Source of the DNA: Callorhinchus milii
Lineage: Eukaryota
Length of the DNA: 64,000 nt
Direction of reading: 5' to 3'
NCBI RefSeq assembly: GCF_018977255.1
Contig: NW_024704742.1
Span: forward strand, 114,888,001 to 114,952,000
A program made the position numbers and the translations under genes. Numbering within the stretch: position 1 is the first letter of the stretch; every line of letters begins with the position of its first letter. The notes below the pieces were generated by a model. That model ran no database searches. It was not told where the DNA came from and worked only from the letters and a program-made list of their open reading frames with translations. Shown one piece after another: positions 53,409-64,000 of the stretch.

Positions 53409-53725
53409 ATAATAATAATCCTTGCATTTGATATAGCGCTTTTCACGTCGGGAGGACGTCCCAAAGCGCTTCACAGAATATACTGTAAAGTGAATTGACT
53501 GTATATTTGTGGGCGAACGCGGCAGCCAATTGCGCACAGCAGTGTCCCACAAACAGTTATGGATTGAAAATGACCAATTTATTATTGTTTTGGTTTTGGA
53601 GGGATTATTATTAGGCTCTGTGTGGAGTAAGGAAACTTGCCCAAGGCTTCGCCCTCTGCCTGGAATTGAACTCAGGTCTCTCGCTTGCAAAGCGAGTGCT
53701 CTAACCACTGAGCTACAGGACTCCA
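53409..53725 (-). mobile_element. SINE family A, young short subfamily
   Basis: Shares the diagnostic junction ggagggattattattaggctctgtgtggag with 29302-29632. Confidence 0.92.
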
Positions 53726-53844
53726 CCCACATGACTGTGACCTAATAAGGACTATTGGGTGGCCCTGTATTTAACTTGATCACCACCTGATGTTCACAGC
53801 CATTTATCACAATTATACATTGTGATGTAGACGTCACTCTATAA

Positions 53845-54218
53845 TAGGGTAACCATACGTCCTTGATTTCCGAGCACAGTCCCCGGGTGAGGTATTGTGT
53901 CCTTGGGGCCAAATTTGCCCCATCTTGAGATCAGCAACAGACTGAGCACGAACAATTCATTCTAAAACAAATACACTCATCAGAGAAATACAGCCATTAA
54001 TCAAACGTCTCCAGTACTACCAACATCAGCAATTGTGGTGAGTTCAATTTGTTTTAAATATGTGTCCCAGATTTTTGTGGGTTTTTTTGCGTTTCGCCTA
54101 CAAATAGACAGTCAATTCACTTCATAGTATATTCTGTGAAGCGCTTTGAGACGTCTGAAAAGCGCTATATCAAGTGCAAGGATTATTATTATTTGGTTTA
54201 CACAATATGGTCATGCTA
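53845..54218 (+). mobile_element. Non-autonomous hAT (Blackjack-like) element with a nested SINE 3' fragment
   Basis: Ends TAGGGTAACCATA and TATGGTCATGCTA; TCTATAA duplicated on both flanks; SINE tail at about 54090-54192. Confidence 0.65.
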
Positions 54219-54995
54219 TCTATAATCAACAGCACACAACCATCACATCATCAAGATTACCAACACATGGACACAATAAGCATATGCATCCCAGAAAGCA
54301 ATTTCAAGGCAGGAATTTCCTCTACGCTACGCAGGCCGCAAATCGCACTGGTTCTCAGACCAACTTCTCCAGATGAGGTCAAGAACAGGATTTCAGTCGG
54401 ATTCCCACTGCTTTGGCCCCTATTTACGCTGTACGTTTGGGGAGGAATCGCTTCACTTCAGTCAAGGAATCAGTCAAGCCCGGTTGCCACTGAGTCCAAA
54501 TAAGGTCTCTATCCTTAAGTGCACTAGCAATGCATTCAGGGAGATTAGTACACAACAGAAAGTGCTGAATACAACCTTAACAGTACAACAATTTGCATTT
54601 TAAAAGTGTCCTTCACGTAGCCTGAATGACTCAAAAAGGGGTTGGGCTAACAACAAAGAATATCAACTAGTGAAAACTGAAGGGCAAGGACGAAAAGCAG
54701 TTAAAGAGATAGATGTTTAAGAGGGTTCCGAAAGGAACACAACCCAATTTTAATTTATAGAATGCAGTTCACTTCTCAAAGAGCTTGAAGAGAAGGAGCA
54801 AGGCGAATGGATCTAGGGAGAGATTTTTAAAGAACAGGCGGTAAAAGGGTCACGCAATCAGGTTTTTTTTAATAAGGATATTAGAGCATGTACTGCTTAG
54901 CCATGTACAACCATCCACTGACGACATACTTGGAAGCGAGGTTATGGATCAATGATGAGCATATCTCCCTCCCCGACAAGTCGCAGGTGTCCTAC

Positions 54996-55162
54996 CTTGA
55001 AGCAGTGACGCTGCTCAGGAGTTTCTCAGTGTTTTCAGAGAGGTTTGTGGGCAGCAGAATTTCGGCCGGTTGTAAGCAGAGAATCCGACTCTCCAGCTCT
55101 GACCGCGATGGACAGTCTTGGAAACAATCGAAGACCACGTCGCCTGTGTTGGGCTGCACCGC
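54996..55162 (-). CDS. MSH3: MSH3 exon 8 (167 nt)
   Basis: [55 protein letters not shown]; tttgtag| and |gtagga sites. Confidence 0.96.
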
Positions 55163-55852
55163 CTACAAACACCAGAATTACACGTCAGCCTTTGAAGGGA
55201 GAATTCTACCTGGAGTGAGATTATGTAGTATTTCAGGGCATACAGAAGTTGGCAAATGCTTAAATACTCACTGCCCAAGCCTTTAGCAGCACAGTCCTTC
55301 AATGTAACGTTGCAACTTTGCAAGAGCAGTCTGCTCCAACTAGTGGAGTTTTATTGTAACATGGTGGTTGGTGGATTTACTGTGCGTTGCTGGCAGCCAG
55401 CTCCCTGCTCGCTGGCCGGTCTCTGTGCTAAGAAACAACAGCCAACTTCCAGGTCATCAGGTTACAGCCCGCAAAGCAGGAACTGACATCAGGGGTAGCG
55501 TCCCAAAGCGCTTGACAGCAGTGGAGTCTGATACCGTGCCAGGGGGAGAGGGAGGGTTTCATCTGGGTGATGGAGGATGAGAGGGAGGAAGAAGAGATGG
55601 GGGCAAAGGAGTTTAGGTTGGTGACCACTTTAGTCCAAGAGTCAGTCGGCACACAGGAAGCGAGTGTGCTAGCTACACACAGGCAGTGAATGGGGCCACG
55701 GGGAAGCACGTTGTAGCAAAATTTGCCCTATAGAGAAGCATGTTAAAATGGAGCTCAACTAAATTGTAGGAATAGGAATAATTCCCAGCGCCTTGGGACG
55801 TCCTCCTGACGTGAAAGGCGCTTTATAAATGGAATCTTGTTGTTGTTGTTGT

Positions 55853-56165
55853 AATAAACAATAATAATCCTTACATTTGACATAGCGCCTTATCACATCA
55901 AGGCGTCTCAAAGCGCTTCACAGGATACACTATGAAGTGGAGTGACTGTATTTTGTGGGCGAAACGCGGCAGCCAATTGCGCACAGCAGTGTCCTACAAA
56001 TAGTCGTGGATGGAATGACTATTTTCTTTGGGGGTGGGGGGGGAGGGATTATTACCTCCGGAAAGCGATCCACCAATCGACTAACAACCAGGTTCCTACT
56101 TACTGCTAGGTAAACAGAGGAGTATGTGTGGAGTAAGGAAACTTGCCTAAGTTTTCTTCCTGGAA
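55853..56165 (-). mobile_element. SINE family A copy, head truncated
   Basis: Central block and tail; tail-to-tail with an L2 stub at 55785-55852. Confidence 0.85.
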
Positions 56166-56821
56166 TGTGGGAAGAGAGGAGGGTGTTCTTAATAGTGGAG
56201 CAGGCTTGACCAGCTGAATGCCTTACTCCTACTTCTTCAGTTTAGTCATTACATGGACGCACGGCCTTAAAATCAAGACCCAGGACAGTTAGATCTGAGG
56301 TCAGCAAACATTTCTTCACACAGAGAGTTGTGAAGCTATGGAATTACTCTACCTCAGAAAGTTGGGAGTGGCAGAATTAATAAGCTCACACTGCTATCTG
56401 GTGGGTGCACAATGTATCGCAAGAGACAATAATTGGATCCACTCAGCATTACTATTGCATTTTATGTGGCAGCCAGTTTAGTGGGTCATTGGCAGAGGGC
56501 GAGAGACTGGTCACACTCAGGCTGGGGAAAGTGCTCTGTGAAGGGGAGAAAGCAGGAGGCCACACATTCAAACAAACAAAAAATTACATTTACTGTATAT
56601 AGCATCTTTCACACCAAGAAAACTTCGCACAGCTTACTGGGAGACCAAGCTAGACCAAGCTAGATGGTCTAGTCAGGACAGACAAACTTACAGTCAAACA
56701 GATAGGTTTCAAGGCGGGCTTTTAAGAGGGTGAGGGAGCGGGCAAGGCAAAAGGACTCAGGGATGGAGTTCCAATCTCAAAGGAAGTTCAGATCAAAGTT
56801 TCATTCTTAATGGTCTCTCAC

Positions 56822-56979
56822 CACTAGTGCAAGCTGGACTCCCGGCTTGTGTCTCCCTTTGCTGCTCCCTTCATCTTCACTTTGTTCACAGATACACATC
56901 AGATAGTTACAGGGAAGATCATCAGTCAAATCTTCCACATCAGCAGAGTCACCGTCCAGATTCACTAGCGGATTGACAT
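56822..56979 (-). CDS. MSH3: MSH3 exon 7 (158 nt)
   Basis: DVNPLVNLDGDSADVEDLTDDLPCNYLMCICEQSEDEGSSKGRHKPGVQLALV; AC acceptor and GTG|gtgaga donor. Absent from the ORF track. Confidence 0.93.
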
Positions 56980-58448
56980 GTAACAGTGGTCAAGGAAGAT
57001 ATGGTAAAAGCAGGGCAGCATGGTAGTGCTCGTGTATTTTGTAGGTGAACGAAGTAGCTAATTTGCAGTCATGCCCCTCAAACATCCTTGAGTGAATGAC
57101 CAATTTATCTGGATGATTGATAGCCAGTCACTGGAAGAAACGCCCTTATCCTATTGATTAGCGCCACATGATCTATAGGTCCACCTGAATAGGCAGACAG
57201 GATCTTTGTTTATCATCTCATCTGAAGGATAGCACTTCCAATAACGTAGCAACCCCCAACCCACCCGCGGCACTAGTTTGGAAAGTCAGGCTGATCTATG
57301 AGCTCAAAGTTCCAGCGTGAGACACGGAGCTTGAACAGAGTGTTGGGCTAACTCACTCACCAATTTTATTAGCTCCTCCAAAATTCAAGACATTTTTATT
57401 TCTATTGGGATTAGGTTGCTCTCTGGTATCTCACCCACATAGTCATTCCCTATGTGCGAGTGCTGATAAGCTCTTTAATTTCATGGGGGCACATTGGGGG
57501 CACACTGATAGTCCAGTCCACACACATACATGCAGCTTTCTTGATGGGACAGTAATCAGGAGCATGAACTTTGGTTTATATTCCCCCACAGCATTATACA
57601 GTCAGAATATTACACCACAGAAACAGTCATTCAGCCCATCATGTCTATGTTGGTGTTCTCCATATGAGCCACCTAATCTAATCCCAGTTTTGTTCACTTC
57701 CCATACTCTTTAATATTCCTTTATGTTCAAGCATCTATCCATTTTCTTTTCTAAAATCATGTGTGGACTCCACTTCAACAATGATTTGTGCAGAAAATTC
57801 CAGTGCAACCACCTGCACTATATGCAGGAAGTAGAAATCACAAGTAAATGAAGGAACAGCCTGCAGGGTATGGAGATTGTGACCCATGATACCCGCTGAT
57901 AGGAAACTGGTCAAGTTTTCAATAATTAACCTTTTAACAACAACAACAAGATTCCATTTATAGAGCACCTTTCACGTCGGGAGGACGTCCCAAGGCGCTG
58001 TACAGTTGGGTCAGGACCCGAGCAGGGGGGAAATGGTCAGGGTGAAGGAGGGAGGGAGCGAGGAGGGGGTAGAGAGTCGAGAGGGGAGCTGAAGGCACGG
58101 TCAAAGAGAAAGGTCTTGAGACCGGCCTTGAAGGAGGAAAGGGAGGAGGCGGCGAAGGCACTGGGGGATAGAGTTCCAGAGCCTAGGGGCTGAGAGGCTG
58201 AAGGCTCGGCCACCGATAGTAGGGCGGTTAGGACGGGGGATGTGGAGCAGACCGGAGCCAGATGAACGGAGGGTACGGGCAGGTAGGTAGGGGGATAGTA
58301 GGTCAGAGAGGTAGGAGGGAGCAAGGCCGTGAATGGCCTTGTAGGTGAGGATGAGGATCTTGAATTCGATCAGTTCCCTGATCAATCCACCAGGTGCACT
58401 GTCGAGCAGTGCACAAAATTACAGGATTAACAACATTTAAAAGGATAT
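56980..58448 (-). other. U12-type (minor spliceosome) AT-AC intron 6 of MSH3
   Basis: 5' site ATATCCTTT; branch site TTCCTTGAC at 56989-56997; terminal AC at 56980-56981. Splicing gives the in-frame junction IGE-D-VNP. Confidence 0.95.
57936..58372 (-). mobile_element. Young L2 LINE 3' fragment inside the U12 intron
   Basis: ORF 58101-58385 [25 protein letters not shown]...GGRAFSLSAPRLWNSIP; intact stem-loop and (GTT)n tail. Confidence 0.94.
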
Positions 58449-58566
58449 CTTCTCCAATGAGGGTGGACTTTGTATAGAGGGCAGTCAGTCTGCGGGTGAA
58501 GAGATTGCTTTTGTTCTCTCCAACAGCTTTCAGTGCCGCAGTCTCTGTCTGCTTCACCACTCCCAC
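58449..58566 (-). CDS. MSH3: MSH3 exon 6 (118 nt), ends at a U12 donor
   Basis: [39 protein letters not shown]; followed by |ATATCCTTT. Confidence 0.96.
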
Positions 58567-59383
58567 CTACGGCATATACAAACATACAGAGCAACCCCGT
58601 TATAACACATCAACTTGCATTTATATTCATATCCTTTACATAGGATAATATGTCAAAGTGCTTCACAGAGGCAGGATTGGACAGTGAGCAAGGGAGAAGG
58701 AGAAGATAACAATATGCGCCATCAAAGAGGTAGATTTTAAGGCAGGATTTAAAAACAGACAGAAGGGGGGGTAGAGGGAGGGAGTTCCAGTGATTATGAG
58801 CGTAATGACAGAAGGCTCAGCCACCAATCATATCACAGAGGAGATGTGTACCGGCCTGACTTAGCTGAGTGGAGGAGGTAAACAGGGGAGTGGAGTACCA
58901 TAATATCAAAGAGATAGGGAGGTGCTAGAGCGTGGTGAAATTTACAGTGAAACCCTGTTATAACGCCCATCGGATAGCGGACCCTATTGTGGACAAATTG
59001 GAAATACCAGCTTCCGACTCTCAGTGCTAAAAAATGGCCAATTTCCTGGTCGTTGGATTGCCACTAACACCATTTCCTGTGCCTGCACACGGTGCTGTAC
59101 ATAGGAAGCACCGGGTAATGTCCCTCAAACAGCCATGAGTGAAGGAATTGATATCAGCAACAACAAATGACATTTGTACAGCGCCTTTCACGTCAGGAGG
59201 CGTGCTTCCTACACAAAGCACTCGCATGCAGAAAGTGACATGAATCATCTTTTCACACCTAACTTATAGTAGGTTCTGATCTCCAAATGATGGTGGGAAG
59301 AGATTGAGATCAGAGTCTGATGGAGCAACAGGTTCCCTCCCCTCCAGCAACAACATCAAACAGAGGGATTGAAGAGCGCTCAC

Positions 59384-59500
59384 CTTGTATCCCTTGACAA
59401 CCAGCCTCCGAACATGGACAAAGAGACGATAAGACGGTATGCTGGCCGTCATGAAATTATGGTCTGGATGGCAGCAGATATTCAGCTCGCGTGCTGCGAT
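59384..59500 (-). CDS. MSH3: MSH3 exon 5 (117 nt)
   Basis: [39 protein letters not shown]; acag| and |gtgagc sites. Confidence 0.97.
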
Positions 59501-60106
59501 CTGTAACAGCACAGGTCAGTCCCTTTAATAACAAGCCTTGGTAATGATTGGCTTTACTGTAAAATACTGTTAAACGGGAATTTGAGGAGTGGCAATGCAT
59601 TAAATGTGAAATTCCAGTTCAACTTGGATAAGAAATAAAGGAGGACAAATAGAAATGTGTAGGATGGAGTGAAATTTGAAGCAAGCCAATGGGGTTGGAT
59701 AATAATAATAATAATAAAGATAATAATATAATAATAAACCTTGCATTTGGTATAATGCTTTTCACGTTGGGAGGACGTCTCAAACCACTTCACCGGATTT
59801 ACTGCAAAGTGGAGTGACTATGTATTTGTAGACAAATACAGAAGCCCAATTGCGCACACCATTGTCCCACAAACAGCCATGAATTGAATGACCAATTTTA
59901 TTTAGTAGATTGTTGGCCAGGCCACCGGGAGATACTCCCTCCCCACACTCTAATGTTAAGGTTCGGGGACTAAAAGTGGTCATAAGAGAAAAAGAGTAAT
60001 CTTCTCCTTGGGTAACGGTCAGTGGAAGGGGATGGATCTTGAGGGGAGGTGAGGTTGGGGTCGTGCAAATGGAGATGTTCAACAGAGGGCAGCAAACGTG
60101 ACCCAC

Positions 60107-60331
60107 CTCCGCATCTTCCCCAAAGAACCTGTACTTGTAGCCACACTCCACGCACAGCACTGCATCCTTGTGCTGCTCCTTGATCTCCATGAACTGCAAC
60201 TCCAGAGGTGTGTACATGCTCTTTGACCTGCGGTTGACAGTGGGCTCTTCGTGGGTGTTCCTCAAACCAAGCCCCTTGATTGAAGCCGAAAATCGCTGCC
60301 AATCAGGGACTACAGCTTTCCGCAGACGCAG
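60107..60331 (-). CDS. MSH3: MSH3 exon 4 (225 nt), start of mismatch-binding domain
   Basis: Encodes [43 protein letters not shown]; donor GAG|gtgggt. ECGYKY lacks the Phe-X-Glu of MSH6/MutS, which indicates MSH3. Acceptor ttggcag| chosen by phase; an in-frame alternative exists 36 nt downstream. Confidence 0.92.
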
Positions 60332-61003
60332 CTGCCAACATGAGAAACGAACATTTAGTTATTCCAGGACCGGCTTTCAATCACAATCACAGCTGAGCCG
60401 GGGGCTTTCGGCCAGAGTTCTCCAGGGGATCCAGGGTCCAACACACAAGAAACGTTCAGGTACAGAAAGCCCCTTGGCCCATCACGTCCTTCCATATCAA
60501 CAACAACTTTCCCTTATATAGCACCATTAGAACGCAGAACATCCAAAAATGCTTCACGGAGTTGGAGCGGGAGCCTGGGCAGAATTGGAGATGGGGCGAA
60601 GTCACTGAAGGCACAATCAAAGCAATCGGTTTTTAGTCTGGTTGTGAAAGCGAAGAGGAAGTAAGGGATTCAAGGAGAGAGTCCCAGAGTGGTGGAGTGA
60701 ACAAAGGAGTGGAGAGTGGTGAGGATTATCTAATTAGTGTGGGGAAAGGCCATGGAGGCATTTGTAGGTAAAATAGAGGATATTAAAAATTAATCTGATG
60801 GGGGATAGGAAGCCAGACAAGAATTGGGACAGAGTCTTGTGTGGGAGAGAATGTGGGCTGCGGAGTTCTGGATGATCTGGAGCTTGTGCAGGTTGTACTG
60901 TACAGGGCACCTTGGGATGTCCTCCCAACGTGAAAGGCACGATATAATTACAATGTTATTGCTGCTTTTGGATGGTAATGAGAGCTCAAAGTGGACGACT
61001 CAC

Positions 61004-61194
61004 CTGATACCTCTCATTTCTATCTGCATCCTTTCCCAGCTCTGTACCCGAATTACAAAAATTTGAATGTTCATTTCCTGTATGTTCTATGTCCCGCTTA
61101 CTCCTCTGGGTTGGCTCACTCTCAATGGAAAACCCCTTCAGTCTGTCCAGGGTAGAGGGAGTTATCCCTGGTTGCATACGTGCCACTGGCTCAT
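61004..61194 (-). CDS. MSH3: MSH3 candidate exon 3 (191 nt, phase 1 to 0)
   Basis: Pyrimidine tract then gaag|AT; donor CAG|gtgagt. PSTLDRLKGFSIE resembles human SKSLEKLKEFCCD. The acceptor is less certain than the donor. Confidence 0.7.
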
Positions 61195-61944
61195 CTTCAT
61201 ATGAAAAATACAAAGAAAAATTTCAATTTGGAATCTTTTTCCCTTTTCCTTCCATCATTATAGAAGCCGGTCGGACCTGTCAGATGTAATAATATAATAA
61301 TAATGTCAGATGTAATACACACTACGAGGAGAAATTCCACTAGTATCTAGATTTACTTTACCTTCCTAGCAATTCAGAGTGTGCAGAATTTGACAAATTG
61401 TTGATTTCAGTTGAGACACTGAAGCAGATCTTGACGAAAATTTCAGGAAACTAGTTTCAAAATTAAGATTTCTAAATCAAGACCATTCAAAAATCTGTCA
61501 AATTTCAGATCTTCATTGGGAGTGACCACCAAGGCCGGGTGTCCTTCCCTGGTTGCGACTATGACAAGCTTTATCTTCATTATACCACGTCTCGCCGACC
61601 ACCTTTACTTCCCCTTTCTGACAAATCCGCTACAATATATTAAATAAAACACACATCAACTCCAGTAACCAGTTACCAATGTGTCACCTTAGCTCAATCG
61701 CTAGCATTCTTGGCTCTGTGTCAGAAGGTTGTGGGTTCATGCCCCAGTGCAGTGCTGGTGCCTTCTTTCAATTGAGGCTTTAAACCAAGGTTCCTGTAGT
61801 GGATATTAATGATCCCAGTACACTATTGGAAAATTAAGGGTGCTTCTCCCAGTTACCTAGCCAGCAGTGTTCCAGATAAAGTAATCTTTCAGGTAAATTG
61901 ATCTGTTTGTGGGACACAGCTTCTGCATTTGCTACAAATACAGT

Positions 61945-62360
61945 CAGTGGATAGAGTTCAAAATCCTCGTCCTGGCCTTCAAGGCCCTCCACGGCCTTGG
62001 CCTTCCCTACCTCTCTGGCCTGCTAACCCAATATCAACCCGTCCACTCCCTCTGCTCAGCAGCCACTGGCCTTGTCCATGTCCCCAGCCCGGACCGCCCC
62101 ACCTTCGGCGGTCAGGCCTTTAGCCTTTCTGCCCCTGCCCTAAAAAAAATTCCACATTCCCTTTGCCTCAATCCCTCGCTTGCCTCCTTCAAGGCACGTC
62201 TCAAACCCTCCTCTTCGACCATGCCTTCAATCACCCTCTTACCCTCCCTGCCCTCCACCTTCCCCGATCCCGACCCCCAGCTCCAATCCAAGTGCCTGAC
62301 TGTCCAGCGACTTGGGACGTCCTCCCGACTTGAAAGGCTAATACAAATGTAACTTTCTGT
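61945..62360 (+). mobile_element. L2 LINE 3' fragment following a Deu-SINE at about 61684-61945
   Basis: IEFKILVLAFKALHGLGLPYLS...GGQAFSLSAP in ORF 61909-62352. Confidence 0.9.
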
Positions 62361-62478
62361 TATATGGTAGATGAGATAATAAATAGATTTACACCAACCA
62401 TCATGCGCCATTTCTAAGCTTTCCTTTTGCCGTTACCAGCCAGCACCAAGACTGTGTTTAGGAATCACGTGTACTCAC

Positions 62479-62598
62479 CACAGCTCTTGCCTTGAACGCC
62501 TCATCTGCAACCTTTCCTTGCCTTGCCGACTTCCTCCGTTTATTTTTGAGCTCATCCTGTTCCACTACTGCTCGCTTTTTCCTCTCAGAGTTCGGTGC
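62479..62598 (-). CDS. MSH3: MSH3 candidate exon 2 (120 nt, phase 0 to 0)
   Basis: gtgcag|...GTG|gtgagt splice sites. Translates APNSERKKRAVVEQDELKNKRRKSARQGKVADEAFKARAV, a basic NLS-like segment resembling human exon 2 as I recall it. Its phase does not match exon 3 (see findings). Confidence 0.65.
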
Positions 62599-63364
62599 CT
62601 GCACGACAGGAGTTTTTATTTATCACAACCAGGAAGCCAATCAACCCAGACCTTCTGCCGTTGTTCCGTCCACACCAACCTTTCAAACTGTAATTTTATA
62701 ATAATAATCATCCTTGCATTTGGTATAGTGCCTTTCACTTCATTGCGACATTTCAAAGCGCTCAGAAAAGTGGTGTGACTGCGTGGATTTTGACATGAAG
62801 ATGGGTTTCGGTTTAACGTCTCATTCTGAGGACAGTACTTCCGACAACACAGCACTCCTCCAGCACGACATTGGAGCGTTAGACAAAACTAAATGGGTTC
62901 CAAGTCCCAACTGTCTGGCTCAAAGGCAAGCATGCTACCAACTGAGACAGGCTGACAACTTCAATTTGATCACAACGTCAAATTTTTAAATGCAACAACT
63001 GCAACATTTTGTCACGCAGGCGCAAGCAGCTCTGCTGACATACTCACCTCTCCAGAAGCAAAGTGGCCAACATTGGCAATCATTTTGCCAACAAAATATA
63101 CACTCAATCCACTTAAAAGTATATTCTGTGAAGCGTTTTGAGGCATCTGAGCGACTAGATAAGGCACTATATCAAATGCAAGGATTATTAATTATTATTA
63201 TTGCTATTATTAAACAGACTGTAACTGCACAATTTCAGTCTCCTGAAACCTGACCCAATTTCCAAGGCAACATCGGGTATATTAGCGATATCTCTCTGGG
63301 ACTGAACTGGATCCAAGAAGAAATGATTGACATCACCAAGCAGTCGCACAGGAGTCCGAAGCAC

Positions 63365-63700
63365 TGTCTACCTTTCCGACCTGCTTACCCCCAACCCACA
63401 ACCCGCAGCCTCCGCTCGACTGGCTCCAGCCTCTGCACATCCCTCATGCCTTCCAATCCACCATCAGTGGCCCACTTTCAGCCACTATGCCCTGAAACTC
63501 TGGAACTCTCTTTATCTATACCTCCGCCTTGCCCCTTCCTTCTCCATTTTCAGGTCACGCCTGAAGACTTTCCTATTCGACCGTGCCTACGGTCACCTCC
63601 CCCTCCCCCCCTCAGCTCGGAGTCGTGCTCCGCCACTGTCAAGTGCTCTGGGATGCTACCCTGCACGAGAGGCGCTATATAAATGCAAGTTGCTGTTGTG
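63365..63700 (+). mobile_element. L2 LINE 3' fragment
   Basis: YLSDLL...LWNSL...FRSRLKTFLFD in ORF 63327-63707; tail ggcgctatataaatgcaagttg. Confidence 0.88.
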
Positions 63701-64000
63701 GATTTAACAGTCTGTCTGGCTCTTTGCTAAGACTTGAAGGTGTAGACAAGTCCTCAACGTTTGCTTCATAATAGGGTGATCCATGTAGCCTACATCACCA
63801 CTGATTTAGAGTGGTAAGATGCACCACGACCACTTTGGTGATGACAAAGTGTGTCATATATAATGCACTTATGCAGCCAAGTCAAACCAATGGTTGATTA
63901 TTTTTATGCTCTTCGCAAAGATCAACATTGCACCCATTCTTACACATTACACAACAAATGGTTCAAATAAGAGCAACTGTTTAAACCTGCACTCGTATTC

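Noticed and set aside
63040..63110. Strong minus-strand donor GAG|gtgagt as MSH3 exon 1
   Set aside because: The upstream sequence runs into a SINE tail and shows no MSH3 N-terminal or PIP-box motif.
628..63771. Most short ORFs in the supplied track as independent genes
   Set aside because: They are SINE/LINE translations, antisense shadows of MSH3 exons, or chance frames with no recognisable homology.

Overview
Vertebrate genomic DNA, most likely a cartilaginous fish and probably a chimaera; the taxon is inferred from the SINE/LINE repertoire. The whole window lies inside the mismatch-repair gene MSH3 on the minus strand. I recovered candidate exons 2-20 (human numbering, from memory). Exons 3-20 splice into one uninterrupted reading frame that includes the MSH3-type ECGYKY mismatch-binding motif and the GPNMGGKS Walker A motif. 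Exon 1 and exons 21 onward fall outside the window. Intron 6 is a minor-spliceosome AT-AC intron, and intron 8 is about 26 kb. The introns are dense with CR1 and L2 LINE fragments, two SINE families sharing an L2-type tail, and two non-autonomous hAT elements. I found no convincing new multi-gene system. The observations most worth following up are a candidate 10-nt poison microexon or recursive splice site in intron 20, a 231-bp near-identical duplication bracketing exon 12, a perfect 17 x 17-bp palindromic minisatellite born inside an L2, a decayed hammerhead-ribozyme motif, a modular SINE, and a frame mismatch between exons 2 and 3. Repeat boundaries are approximate.
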